64,000 nucleotides of DNA from an uncultured Elusimicrobia bacterium (GCA_964537395.1 CAZIBN010000007.1:2843-66842), one strand, 5' to 3'. Shown: positions 27,111 to 36,032, numbered from the stretch's first letter. Translations and numbers: made by a program. The notes: generated from the sequence alone by a model not told the origin.

Positions 27111-27158
27111 ATCAGGGGCCTGGTGGCGGCATCCGCCGTGCCCTGTTATACTGCGCCC

Positions 27159-27689
27159 ATGCCCGCCCGCGCGCGCGTCCCGGACGCCTTCTTCCACCTG
27201 GCTCTCTGGCTCGGCATCATCGTCTTCGTCATCATGCTGGGCGTCGGCTTCGCCGCGCAAGCCTCGGATCGGTCCCCTTGGCCGTGGTGGCTCGGTTCCG
27301 TCGCGGCGTTCCTTCCATTCGCCCTTATCGTCTGGCTCCGGAAGACCGGCCGCATCGAGCTGATCGATACGGAGGAGGCCGAGCAGAGGTCGATGGACCG
27401 CTTCGTCGACAGGGCCGTCCGTGTTTTCGTGCTGTTTCCGCGGAGTTGGCGTCTGGCTCTGTGGCTCACGGGGACGATAGCCGTTTCCATTCTTTATCTG
27501 GCGTTGATGTGCCTGGAGTGGAACTCCAACGCGTATGCGGACCGCCTTGTCATCTTCTCCGGCCGGTTCGCTCATCCCGAATATGCCGCACGGCTGCTCA
27601 TCGCCGTCGGGTTCGTCGGTGCGGCCTACGAGACCTTCGCCGTCATCCGCGACGCGAAGGTGCGGGGAACGCCCGGCAAGGAGCCCTGA
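27159..27689 (+). CDS. hypothetical integral membrane protein (4 TM)
   Basis: TGTTATACT lies 6 nt upstream of the ATG (leaderless-type). Hydrophobic segments are present; no recognisable family. Confidence 0.5.
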   Translation: MPARARVPDAFFHLALWLGIIVFVIMLGVGFAAQASDRSPWPWWLGSVAAFLPFALIVWLRKTGRIELIDTEEAEQRSMDRFVDRAVRVFVLFPRSWRLALWLTGTIAVSILYLALMCLEWNSNAYADRLVIFSGRFAHPEYAARLLIAVGFVGAAYETFAVIRDAKVRGTPGKEP

Positions 27690-27694
27690 GGTCG

Positions 27695-28167
27695 TTACTT
27701 CGCTATAGAACCGCTCTCATCCAGCCGCCAGGGGCTATGCGCGAGCTTCAGATCGGCAGGGCAGGACAGGGTCTCCAGCTCCGCGACGGAGTAGAGTGCG
27801 ATGCCGCGTCCTCCGGGCTCCGTGAACAAAGTGACATGGGCCGGCATACGCGGCACCGTGTCGAGGGGGAGGTCCAGCGTTTTTTCCAGGCGCGCACAGT
27901 AGGCTTCCTGCCCCGAAACCTCGACGAGCTCGATGAGGCAGCGCTTCCCGCCCTTCTGAACGAGACGATAAGCCCCGGTCGGCTTGACCGTGAACTCGAG
28001 GCCGCTCGCGGCCGCTACTAGGGCCGCGCCGTCGTGCTTGTCGCGGGAACCGACGATCGTGACGTGAAGCTCGCTCTTGCGGACGAAGCGCTCTCCCCGA
28101 AACTCGATGAGCGCCGGCAGGCGCTCCGCCCCGGGGAGGGGGAGGATGGCCGTGCGCCCCTGCTCAT
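27695..28167 (-). pseudogene. ThpR/LigT-like 2H phosphoesterase (RNA 2',3'-cyclic phosphodiesterase family) with an apparent frameshift at the start
   Basis: The minus-strand frame encodes RTAILPLPGAERL...ELHVTIVG...MPAHVTLFTEPGG. The two H-x-T-x motifs are spaced as in E. coli LigT. There is no in-frame ATG, GTG or TTG near the N-terminus. The only ATG (28167) is +1 out of frame. The ORF track missed this gene. Confidence 0.55.
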
Positions 28168-28188
28168 CGACGATCAGTATGATCGGCT

Positions 28189-29103
28189 TCAGGCGTTCGG
28201 ATTCGACGGCGGGGCGTCGACGCGCGCGGCGATCATCTGCCGGAGCATGTCAGAGCCGGGAGGGACCATGGTGATCTGCGCGCCGCTCTCGAGCACGCGC
28301 TGGACCTCCAGGATCTCGAACATGGCCTGAAGTATGTCGGGCGCCGAGGAGATCTCCTTCAGGGCGTTGCCGACGATCTTGGGGCGCAGGGCCGCGGCCT
28401 CGCCGAAGGCGATGGACGCCTGGCGCTGGGCGGTGCTGGCGATGATGTTGACCTGGTTCTCGCCGTCTTGCTTGATCGACGAGGTCACCTGGCGTAGGCG
28501 GTTCACCACCTTCTCCTCGATCTGCTTGATCATGCGCGGATCGCGCAGGTGGACCTTACGGATGTAGACGGAGCCGAGCTTGTAGCCCCATTCGTGGGAC
28601 TTCGGCGACACTTCCTCTCGCACGACCTGGCTCATCTGGTGTCGCGAGCCGAGCATGGCCGCGAGCTTCATGTTCGACAGCGAGCGCACCGTGGCGTTGC
28701 TGACGTTGGCCGCGAGCGAGCCTCTCGGGTCGGCGTTCTTGAACAGGAAGGCGACCGGATCGGAGACGTACATCTCGTACCAGATGCCGATGCCCATCGG
28801 CGCGCCTTCCTCGGAGTTGACGGGCTCGGAGCGGCGATAGACCTGGTCCATGCGCATGTCGAGCGTGTAGCATGTGCCGATCCAGTTGACGATGAGCGCG
28901 GCGGGCCCTATCTTCAGCCACAGGAAGTGGATTCCGGGCTCGGTGATCGTCTCAAGGACGTTGCCGAACAGCACGAAGACCTTCGAGGTGCCCTCGTGGA
29001 CGATCGTGTAGAACCCGAGCATGCGCAGAAAGCCGAGCAGCACGGGAACAAGGATGAAAAGACCGAAGAACGTCACGCCTGCGGCGAGCGTAAAGGGGTT
29101 CAT
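28189..29103 (-). CDS. SPFH/band-7 (stomatin/HflC-like) membrane protein
   Basis: N-terminal TM followed by an SPFH domain. Confidence 0.75.
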   Translation of the reverse strand: MNPFTLAAGVTFFGLFILVPVLLGFLRMLGFYTIVHEGTSKVFVLFGNVLETITEPGIHFLWLKIGPAALIVNWIGTCYTLDMRMDQVYRRSEPVNSEEGAPMGIGIWYEMYVSDPVAFLFKNADPRGSLAANVSNATVRSLSNMKLAAMLGSRHQMSQVVREEVSPKSHEWGYKLGSVYIRKVHLRDPRMIKQIEEKVVNRLRQVTSSIKQDGENQVNIIASTAQRQASIAFGEAAALRPKIVGNALKEISSAPDILQAMFEILEVQRVLESGAQITMVPPGSDMLRQMIAARVDAPPSNPNA

Positions 29104-29104
29104 G

Positions 29105-30115
29105 TTAACGGCCCTCCCAGTGCTGCCGGTTCTCGAGGACCAGCTGCTTCGTGTTTTTGAAGATGCCGAGGCGGACGTTGCGCAGGTACGCGATCAGCGA
29201 GCCGGAGCCGCCGATGGCCTTGAGGTCGGTGAGCTGCTTGGCGAGCGCCAGCAACGGCTCGACCTCGGCCTGGGCGTTGAGCGTCTCGAGCTCGACGGCG
29301 CGTTTGGACTGCACGATCTTCTGGTCCGCCGACGCCTGCGCCAGGCTGATCTCGGAGGAGACGTGGTTGTGGGCCGTATTGATGGCGGCAAGCGCCGAGT
29401 CGACCTCGGGGGGCGGGTCGATGCCGGTGATCAAGGACGCGTCGAGGATGATGCCGTAGCGGGCGGTCGAGGACTTGCAGTCCTGATCCATATCGTCGTT
29501 AAGGGAGCGCAGGTTCTTGCGGATATCGTTGATCGACACACCGCTGAGCTCGCTCAAGCCCGTGGCCTGGGAGTGTGAGGCGCCCTCGAGCTTCGGCGCC
29601 TCGAACGTCGCGATCTTCTCGCGCAGCACCGAGACGAAATAGCCCATCACATGGACGATCGGGTTCTTGATGCCGAACAGGTAGGCGTACAGGTTGCGCT
29701 CCGAGACGCGGAAGCGGATCTGGCCGGTGAGGCCGGTGTTGAGCTGGTCCATCGTGATCGCCTCGAGGACGGAGCCGCCCTTGTTGGCTCCCGGCGTCTC
29801 GGGGTCCGTCGCGATGTGGATGCTCTCGGTCGCGATCGAGACCTTGTAGACCTTCTCCCAGGGCCACTTGAAGTACGGGCCGCCGGGCGGGATGACGCGA
29901 AGCTGAGGGTAGTTGTAGCGCAGCTGCTCGTCGGCGCTGAGCGTCGCCTTGAGCTCGGGGTCGTCGAGGGTCTTCGTCCCCTCGAGGCGCTGGGCGCGCC
30001 CGAAGCTCGTCTTGACCGCCCGCTCGTTCTGGTCGACCGTGTACAGGCCGGCCACGAGATAGCTGAGCAGGAACCACGCCACGAATCCGAACGCCGCGCC
30101 TAATAGAAAGCCCAT
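29105..30115 (-). CDS. SPFH/band-7 (HflK-like) membrane protein, tandem paralogue
   Basis: N-terminal TM followed by an SPFH domain and a coiled coil. It lies 1 nt upstream of the second SPFH gene. Confidence 0.75.
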   Translation of the reverse strand: MGFLLGAAFGFVAWFLLSYLVAGLYTVDQNERAVKTSFGRAQRLEGTKTLDDPELKATLSADEQLRYNYPQLRVIPPGGPYFKWPWEKVYKVSIATESIHIATDPETPGANKGGSVLEAITMDQLNTGLTGQIRFRVSERNLYAYLFGIKNPIVHVMGYFVSVLREKIATFEAPKLEGASHSQATGLSELSGVSINDIRKNLRSLNDDMDQDCKSSTARYGIILDASLITGIDPPPEVDSALAAINTAHNHVSSEISLAQASADQKIVQSKRAVELETLNAQAEVEPLLALAKQLTDLKAIGGSGSLIAYLRNVRLGIFKNTKQLVLENRQHWEGR

Positions 30116-30242
30116 GGGTCTCCTTGAGCGACGCGCTATTCAATCAAATTGAGGACGCCCGCAAGGCGAGCGCTGTGACCAAAGCCCCCCTTGAGTTTTT
30201 ATGCAATCCGCCCTATCCTCGTATGGATTCAGGAGGCTTTTA

Positions 30243-30785
30243 ATGAAACTCACTTTGCTCATCCTCACCGTTTCGCTGTTTGCCGCGGCCCCGCTTCGCG
30301 CTGAAGACAAAGCCAAGGGCGGGCCTCCCGAAGAGACGCCCTCCGGAACCCAGCCCGCCATTCCGGGCGAGCGCCCCGCGATCCCCGGCGACAAAGCCAA
30401 GGGAGGTTCACCGGAGGAGACGCCTTCCGGCACCCAACCTGCCATCCCCGGTGAGCGTCCGGCGATTCCCGGCGACAAGGAGCACAAGGGCGAGCGGGGT
30501 GAGCGCCGCGGAGATAAGCGTGAGCGCCGCAAAGAGCACAAGGGCGAACGCCGCGAGGAACGCCAAGGCGAACGCCGTGAGGAGCGCCAGGGCGAACGCC
30601 GTGAGGAACGCCAGGGCGAACGCCGCGAGGAACGCCAGGGCGAACGCCGTGAGCGTCGCGATAATGGCGTCAGAGACCATGGCCAGGGCGAGGGGCGCGG
30701 AGGGCGCGGCCAGGGAGCGGAGCGCCGACAGAGCGGTTCGCAGCGACAGGGCGGCGGTCAGCGCCGAGGCGGTCGAGGCCGCTGA
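30243..30785 (+). CDS. secreted repeat protein (2 x 28-aa DKAKGGxPEETPSGTQPAIPGERPAIPG repeats, then 5 x ERREERQG)
   Basis: AGGAGG SD 6 nt before the ATG. Signal peptide MKLTLLILTVSLFAAAPLRA. Tandem DNA repeats of 84 bp and 24 bp. Confidence 0.7.
   Translation: MKLTLLILTVSLFAAAPLRAEDKAKGGPPEETPSGTQPAIPGERPAIPGDKAKGGSPEETPSGTQPAIPGERPAIPGDKEHKGERGERRGDKRERRKEHKGERREERQGERREERQGERREERQGERREERQGERRERRDNGVRDHGQGEGRGGRGQGAERRQSGSQRQGGGQRRGGRGR
30306..30654 (+). repeat. coding tandem repeats (2 x 84 bp, then 5 x 24 bp)
   Basis: 84-bp units at 30306-30389 and 30390-30473. They differ mostly at synonymous positions. 24-bp units GGCGAACGCCG(T/C)GAGGA(A/G)CGCCA(A/G) at 30541-30654. Confidence 0.8.
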
Positions 30786-30812
30786 CTTAAGCCATAGAGA
30801 AGCGTAGGCTCT

Positions 30813-31412
30813 CTATTTGTGGAACGTCAGGCTTTCGAGCGCCACGCCCGCGTCCAGGCCCAGGCCGACGGAGACGTGGGCCAGGCTGATCGCGGTCTTG
30901 TCTGTCATGTCGAGGCTGCTGCGCAGATAGCTGACGGCCGCACCCGCGATGAAGTGGTAGCTGCCCTGGATCGAGGTGAAGCGGTCCATCAGCTGGTCTG
31001 TGTTCCGGGCACCGTAGACGAGGATGGTGACACGGCTGGCGCTTGCGCCCACGTTGAAGCCGATGGACGGGGCGTGCCACGCGAGGGACTGCGCCTGCGC
31101 CGCGGTCTGGCCTTTGGCGAGGAGCTTGCCGGAGCCCTTGCGGTAGCCGATGATGAACGCTCCCTGAGCCTCCTTTCCGACGATGACGCCGGTAGGGCGT
31201 CCGTTCTGGGCGAATACCGACTCGACTACCTTGGCCATGTCCGAGGACATGTCTCCGCCGAGATCCGAGATCGCCTTGAGGACCTCCGCTGAGGTGAATG
31301 TGTCGTCCTTCGCGCTTTGCGTCGCGGCCGTCTCGGCGCAGAAGCCGCGGGAGGGGAGAAGAGCGAGGCCCAGCACCGCGACCGCAGTCAGCACGTTTCG
31401 GACGTTCATCAT
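30813..31412 (-). CDS. secreted hypothetical protein (199 aa)
   Basis: Signal peptide MMNVRNVLTAVAVLGLALLP. Gly-rich beta-type sequence; family not recognised. Confidence 0.5.
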   Translation of the reverse strand: MMNVRNVLTAVAVLGLALLPSRGFCAETAATQSAKDDTFTSAEVLKAISDLGGDMSSDMAKVVESVFAQNGRPTGVIVGKEAQGAFIIGYRKGSGKLLAKGQTAAQAQSLAWHAPSIGFNVGASASRVTILVYGARNTDQLMDRFTSIQGSYHFIAGAAVSYLRSSLDMTDKTAISLAHVSVGLGLDAGVALESLTFHK

Positions 31413-31530
31413 TTTATCTCGCCTCTCGATGTCGATGGGCCGCGTGGAAAGTCTTCGCGCCAGGAACTTCTGTCATTATCGCTTATTTAGGCGCCTGCAC
31501 CGAGCCTCCGCCGAATGGTATTCTCTCTCT

Positions 31531-32670
31531 GTGATGCTGGCCATCTGGCACGGCCTTCTGCTTGGGCTCGTGCTGCTCTCCTGGGCGTATTGGATCATCG
31601 TGGCGATCACGGTGGCGATCTTCTTTGGGCGCAAGGCGCGTCCGGGGAAAGAGGGCTATCGGCCCTCGGTCTCGCTGATCAAGCCCGTGTGCGGCCTGGA
31701 GAAGAACCTCTACGAGAACCTTTCCAGCGCTTGCGCTCAGGACTATCCCGATTATGAGATCGTCTACGCGCTTCAGAATCCCGAGGATCCGGTCCTTCCG
31801 ATCCTCGAGCGCATCCGCGCCGAGAACCCGCAGCGCCGCGTGCGGATCGTGGTCGATCCCGCGGCCGCCGGGCCCAACGGCCGGCTCTGCAACATCCTCA
31901 ACGCCACCCGGCAGGCGACCGGCGAGGTGCTGGTCTATTCCGACAGCGACATGCTCCTGCCTCCGGACTATCTGCATGCGGTCACGGCGCCGCTGGCCGA
32001 CCCTGGGGTCGGCATCCATTGCACCCTCTACCGCGCGCACGGCGCCGTCAACCTCTGGGAGTCTCTCGAACTGCTGTCGCTCAACGCCGAGTTCGTGCCC
32101 TCGATGATCTTCGCGACCATGACCGGCGTGGCCCTGGCCTGCCCGGGCGCCTCTCAGGCCATCCGGCGCGAGACGCTCGATAAGATCGGGGGGCTTGAGC
32201 CGATGGCGGACAGCCTCGTCGAGGATCTTGAGCTCGGACGGCGGATCGTCGCCGCGGGCCTTCGGGTCGTGATCGGGCGTCATGTCGCCGGCACCGGCGT
32301 CGATCTCAGCGGCTGGCGTCCGTGGTGGCGGCATCAGGTCTACTGGGACCAGAATACGCGCGCCGCCTCCCCGGTCGGCTTCTTCTTCACCTGGCTCGTG
32401 CGCGGCGTGCCGCTGGTCGCGCTCTACTGCTCGACCCAGGGTTTGCTCGGGCTTGAGATCATGCTAGCGACCATCGGGGTGCGGCTGAGTTGCGCCGCGT
32501 CCTCCTGCCTTTTCCTTGGCGACCGTGAGGGCCTGCGCACGCTGTGGCTCCTGCCGCTGCGCGACCTCATCGGAGCGGCGACCTGGGCCGCCAGCTTTCT
32601 GCAAAGAGAGGTCCATTGGAAGGGGCGCGTGTTCGTGCTCTCCGGCAGCCGGCTCGTGGAAGCCGCGTGA
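31531..32670 (+). CDS. GT2-family glycosyltransferase (HpnI/FlmF2-like; lipid-linked hexosamine synthase candidate)
   Basis: N-terminal TM, then SLIKPVCGLEKNLYENL...DYEIVYALQNPEDP...YSDSDM (DXD region) and C-terminal TMs. The GTG start lies 6 nt after a TGGTATTCT extended -10. Confidence 0.65.
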   Translation: MMLAIWHGLLLGLVLLSWAYWIIVAITVAIFFGRKARPGKEGYRPSVSLIKPVCGLEKNLYENLSSACAQDYPDYEIVYALQNPEDPVLPILERIRAENPQRRVRIVVDPAAAGPNGRLCNILNATRQATGEVLVYSDSDMLLPPDYLHAVTAPLADPGVGIHCTLYRAHGAVNLWESLELLSLNAEFVPSMIFATMTGVALACPGASQAIRRETLDKIGGLEPMADSLVEDLELGRRIVAAGLRVVIGRHVAGTGVDLSGWRPWWRHQVYWDQNTRAASPVGFFFTWLVRGVPLVALYCSTQGLLGLEIMLATIGVRLSCAASSCLFLGDREGLRTLWLLPLRDLIGAATWAASFLQREVHWKGRVFVLSGSRLVEAA

Positions 32671-33512
32671 AGCAGGTCGTCGTCACGGCGGACGACTTCG
32701 GCCTCAGCCCCGAGGTCAACGAGGCGGTGATGCGCGGCCATGAGTTCGGGATCCTGAGCTGTGCGAGCCTCATGGTCGCCGCGCCGCAGGCGCACGCGGC
32801 CGCCGCCCTCGCGCGAGCGCGGCCCGGGCTCAAGGTTGGCCTTCACCTGACCCTCGCCGAGGGGAGGCCGATCCTCCCGGCGAACGAGGTGCCCGATCTC
32901 GTGGACGGCTCGGGACGCTTTCGCCCCGGGCTCGTCGGGCATGGGGCGCGCATCTTCCTATCGCCGCGCGCGCGCCGCCAGGCCGTCGCCGAGTGCCGGG
33001 CCCAGGTCGCGGCATTCCAGGCTCTGGGACTCGAGCTCGACCACCTTAACGGCCACAACCACTTTCATATCCACCCCACCATCCTGGGCGCCGTGCTTCA
33101 GATCGCCGCGAGCACGCGTATTCCTGCCGTGCGCGTGCCTTCCCAGCCGCTATCGACGATACCGCCGTCGGCGGTCTTGATGGCCGCCGTGATGGCGCCC
33201 TGGGTCGCCAGCACGCGTTCCCGGTTGAGGCGAGCGGGGATCGCCACGAACGACTGCCTCTTCGGTCTGTTCGAGACCGGCGCGATGGTCGAAAGCGCCT
33301 GGCTGCGGCTGATACCGCTCCTGCCCGACGGGCTCACCGAGATCTACTGCCACCCCGCGACGGCGACGGTCGGCCTGCTGCGGGAGACGATGCCCGATTA
33401 CCGGCACGCCGAGGAGCTCGCGGCGCTGACGAGCCCGCGCGTGCGCGAAGCCCTTGAGCGCTCGGGCGCGAGGCTGACCTCTTTCTCGCAGGCCTTCGCT
33501 CCCGCCGCATGA
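32667..33512 (+). CDS. YdjC-family carbohydrate deacetylase (HpnK/NaxD-like)
   Basis: N-terminus VKQVVVTADDFGLSPEVNEAV and HLNGHNHFHIHP match the YdjC/ChbG family. The GTG overlaps the GT2 stop (GTGA). Confidence 0.7.
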   Translation: MKQVVVTADDFGLSPEVNEAVMRGHEFGILSCASLMVAAPQAHAAAALARARPGLKVGLHLTLAEGRPILPANEVPDLVDGSGRFRPGLVGHGARIFLSPRARRQAVAECRAQVAAFQALGLELDHLNGHNHFHIHPTILGAVLQIAASTRIPAVRVPSQPLSTIPPSAVLMAAVMAPWVASTRSRLRRAGIATNDCLFGLFETGAMVESAWLRLIPLLPDGLTEIYCHPATATVGLLRETMPDYRHAEELAALTSPRVREALERSGARLTSFSQAFAPAA

Positions 33513-33892
33513 TCGCGACGACCCTCGTCCTCGTCTTGTCGGTCCTCTTCTCCGCGTACGGCAACGTGCTCACGCGTCGCGGCATGACCGAGCTTGGCCC
33601 TCTCGAGGACTTCCGTCCGCGACATCTTCTGCGCTACGGCTGGGCGGCTGTACGCAACCGGCACGTGCTGGCCGGGGTGGCCATCAACTTCGGGCAGTTC
33701 CTGGCCTGGCTCGTCGTGCTGTCCTGGGCGGAGCTGAGCTGGGCGCTGCCGATGAACGCGATCGAGTACATCTTCGTCGCGGCGCTGGCGTATAAGATGC
33801 TGGGCGAGCGTTTGGAGCCGCGCCGGCTCGCCGGGATCGGGATCATCGCCGTCGGCGTGTTCCTCACGATGTTCTCGTGGAAGGGGCCCTGA
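33509..33892 (+). CDS. 4-TM EamA/SMR-like small membrane protein (ArnE/ArnF-like flippase subunit candidate)
   Basis: 127 aa. The ATG overlaps the upstream stop (ATGA). Confidence 0.6.
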   Translation: MIATTLVLVLSVLFSAYGNVLTRRGMTELGPLEDFRPRHLLRYGWAAVRNRHVLAGVAINFGQFLAWLVVLSWAELSWALPMNAIEYIFVAALAYKMLGERLEPRRLAGIGIIAVGVFLTMFSWKGP

Positions 33893-34311
33893 TGCGGCGC
33901 GCGCTCGGCGTCGTCTTTCTCGCCACGATCTGCGGGTGCGCGGGCCATCTTTGCCTACGGGAAGGCATGATCGGCGTGGGGGCCCTGTCCGGCTCGTCCC
34001 CGGCCGCGCTGATCGCCTTTTTCGGGGCGGCGGCGTCCAGCCCCTGGATATGGCTCGGGATCGCGTTTGAGATCGCCTACTCGCTTCTTTGGCTCGCGGT
34101 CCTGTCCTGGTCCGAGATATCCTGGGCAGTGCCGATGAACGCGCTCGAGTATGTCCTGGCGGCCGCGGCGGCCTACGCCTTGCTTGGCGAGCCCATCGGG
34201 CCTCTACGCCTGGCGGGGATCGCTTTGATCTGCGTCGGCGTGGCGATGCTCAGCGGTTCGTGGGTTCAGGCCGGAACGGCGACCGACGCGTCCTTGACCC
34301 ACCGGATATAG
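33892..34311 (+). CDS. second 4-TM EamA/SMR-like protein (ArnE/ArnF-like partner)
   Basis: The ATG overlaps the upstream stop (TGATG). It is a paralogue of the 33509 gene. Its last 23 codons lie in direct-repeat copy A. Confidence 0.6.
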   Translation: MRRALGVVFLATICGCAGHLCLREGMIGVGALSGSSPAALIAFFGAAASSPWIWLGIAFEIAYSLLWLAVLSWSEISWAVPMNALEYVLAAAAAYALLGEPIGPLRLAGIALICVGVAMLSGSWVQAGTATDASLTHRI

Positions 34312-34323
34312 CTTTCGGAGCCC
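34243..34323. repeat. direct repeat copy A (81 bp)
   Basis: Matches 35092-35172 at 79 of 81 positions. Covers the last 23 codons of the second EamA-like gene plus 12 nt. Confidence 0.8.
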
Positions 34324-34375
34324 TCATGGTCACTGGTGTAAGGCGGGGCGGGCTGTTATACTCTAGGGACCTGAT

Positions 34376-34594
34376 ATGGGGAAAATCGCCCGAGTCGTTA
34401 AGATCGTTCCGCTTGAGCGCGATGAGGATGAAGCCTCTCTTGAGTACCGCGCGGGCTGTCTTGCGTTGTCTCCAGACGAACGGGTCGCTGAAATGCGCAG
34501 GTTGAGCCGGCGCATCATCTCGCTCAATCCTCGAAATCCGCGCTCTCCTCATATTGAACGGAGCATGGTGCGGGTAGTCCATGACGCCGTCTAA
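34376..34594 (+). CDS. small hypothetical protein (72 aa), possible antitoxin-like partner of the downstream nucleotidyltransferase
   Basis: TGTTATACT lies 13 nt upstream. Overlaps the next gene by 14 nt. No recognisable motif. Confidence 0.4.
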   Translation: MGKIARVVKIVPLERDEDEASLEYRAGCLALSPDERVAEMRRLSRRIISLNPRNPRSPHIERSMVRVVHDAV

Positions 34595-35045
34595 CGACGA
34601 GCCGTTGGACGATTACGAGGAGCTCATCTCGTGCCTCAACGTGCATGGCGTCGAGTATGTGATCATCGGGGCCTATGCCGTCGGCTTCCACGGCTATATC
34701 CGGGCCACCAGCGACATGGACATAGCTGTTGATCCTGCGCCGCCGAATGCCGTTAAGCTCGCGGCGGCCCTCAAGGATTTCGCCGGGGTCGAGATCGATC
34801 CGGCGGACATCAAAGAGAAAACGCTTCTCGAGCTTGGTCGGGATCCGAACAGCGTGGATATCATCACGACCATGAAAGGTTTGGCGTGGGAACGCGCATG
34901 GACGCTGCGGGTCGCCGGCCATGTCGGCAAGGCGCCCGCGTCGTTCCTCTCCAGGGAATGCCTCATCGAGAACAAGCTCGCGACCGGCCGTGAGCGCGAT
35001 TACCTCGACTTGAAGGGGATCGGCGCCGAGTTCAAAAAGCCCTGA
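34581..35045 (+). CDS. minimal nucleotidyltransferase-fold protein (pol-beta superfamily, MNT/AbiEii-like)
   Basis: NTase signature GAYAVGFHGYIRATSDMDIAV (hG[GS]x9-13 DhD). Confidence 0.55.
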   Translation: MTPSNDEPLDDYEELISCLNVHGVEYVIIGAYAVGFHGYIRATSDMDIAVDPAPPNAVKLAAALKDFAGVEIDPADIKEKTLLELGRDPNSVDIITTMKGLAWERAWTLRVAGHVGKAPASFLSRECLIENKLATGRERDYLDLKGIGAEFKKP

Positions 35046-35091
35046 TCAGTCGAGCCCGCCCCTGTTGCCATGAAGGGGCTTCTGCGGCGTC

Positions 35092-35172
35092 GCGATGCTC
35101 AGCGGCTCGTGGGTTCAGGCCGGAACGGCGACCGACGCGTCCTTGACCCACCGGATATAGCTCTCGGAGCCC
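35092..35172. repeat. direct repeat copy B (81 bp)
   Basis: Covers the last 19 codons of the epimerase gene (minus strand) plus 23 nt downstream. Confidence 0.8.
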
Positions 35173-36032
35173 GCGTCGAAGCCGACCGTCGGCTCCCAGC
35201 CGAGGAGCTTCTTGGCCTTCACGCCGCTGACGAGCTTGGCGTCGAGGTCGCCGCTGCGGGCCTCGATGTAGCGGATCTCGGCGTCGGGGAAGGACGCCTT
35301 GACCTTATCGGCGACCTGGCGGACCGAGACCTTCTCGATGCCTTCGAGGTTGATGATCTGGTTGGCGGCCTCGGGCTTGAGGGCGGCGACGTTGCCCAGG
35401 GCGAGGTCTTCCACGTAGACGAAGCGGCGCCACGCGCTGCCGTCGCCCTGGATCACGATGGGCTGCTTCTTGATCGCGCGCGCGACGAAGGTGGCGAGCA
35501 CGGTTCCCATGCGGGCGCGGGGCCCGTAGGGGATGCCGTAGCGCAGGATGGTCGTCTCGATGCCGTAGAGCTTCTGGTAGGCGACGCAGGCCATCTCGGC
35601 GGCGACCTTCGAGGCCGTGTAGACGTGGCCGACCTTGTTGATGGAGAGAGGGGTCTCCTCGTCGACTTCGGGCGCGTCGGTCATGCCGTACACCCAGGTC
35701 GTGCTGGCGAGGATGACGCGCTTGATGCCGGTGCGGCGCGCGGCCTCGAGCACGTGGGTCACCGCCATCACATTGGTGTTCATGCTCTCGACGGGGATGT
35801 GGTAGACGTCGTTGACGTTGGCGACGGCGGCGAGGATGTACACCGCGTCATAGCCGCCGGCCAGGGAGACGGTGGTGCGGCCCTGATCGGAGATGTCGGT
35901 GACGATGTGGCGGACGTCGCGCCGGTGGGGGGTCATGATGTCGAACACGGTGACCTCATGCCCCGCGTCGATGAGCTTGTCGACGACGTGCGAACCGATG
36001 AAACCTGAACCGCCGATGACTCCTACGCGCAT
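35115..36032 (-). CDS. NAD-dependent epimerase/dehydratase (SDR; UDP-sugar 4-epimerase or ArnA-C/UXS-like decarboxylase)
   Basis: Rossmann motif VIGGSGFIGSHVV and catalytic YTASK. Confidence 0.75.
   Translation of the reverse strand: MRVGVIGGSGFIGSHVVDKLIDAGHEVTVFDIMTPHRRDVRHIVTDISDQGRTTVSLAGGYDAVYILAAVANVNDVYHIPVESMNTNVMAVTHVLEAARRTGIKRVILASTTWVYGMTDAPEVDEETPLSINKVGHVYTASKVAAEMACVAYQKLYGIETTILRYGIPYGPRARMGTVLATFVARAIKKQPIVIQGDGSAWRRFVYVEDLALGNVAALKPEAANQIINLEGIEKVSVRQVADKVKASFPDAEIRYIEARSGDLDAKLVSGVKAKKLLGWEPTVGFDAGSESYIRWVKDASVAVPA

Noticed and set aside
28034-28330. 98-aa plus-strand ORF between the SPFH gene and the ThpR-like frame
   Set aside because: Antisense to the SPFH 3' end and the ThpR 5' region. 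No motif.
30541-30660. Regular 24-bp tandem repeats considered as a CRISPR array
   Set aside because: No unique spacers. The repeats are contiguous and in-frame, encoding ERREERQG inside a secreted protein. No cas genes are present.
35070-36008. 312-aa plus-strand ORF starting inside repeat copy B
   Set aside because: Antisense to the SDR epimerase. Its N-terminus mirrors ORF 34089..34505 only because both read through the duplicated 81 bp.
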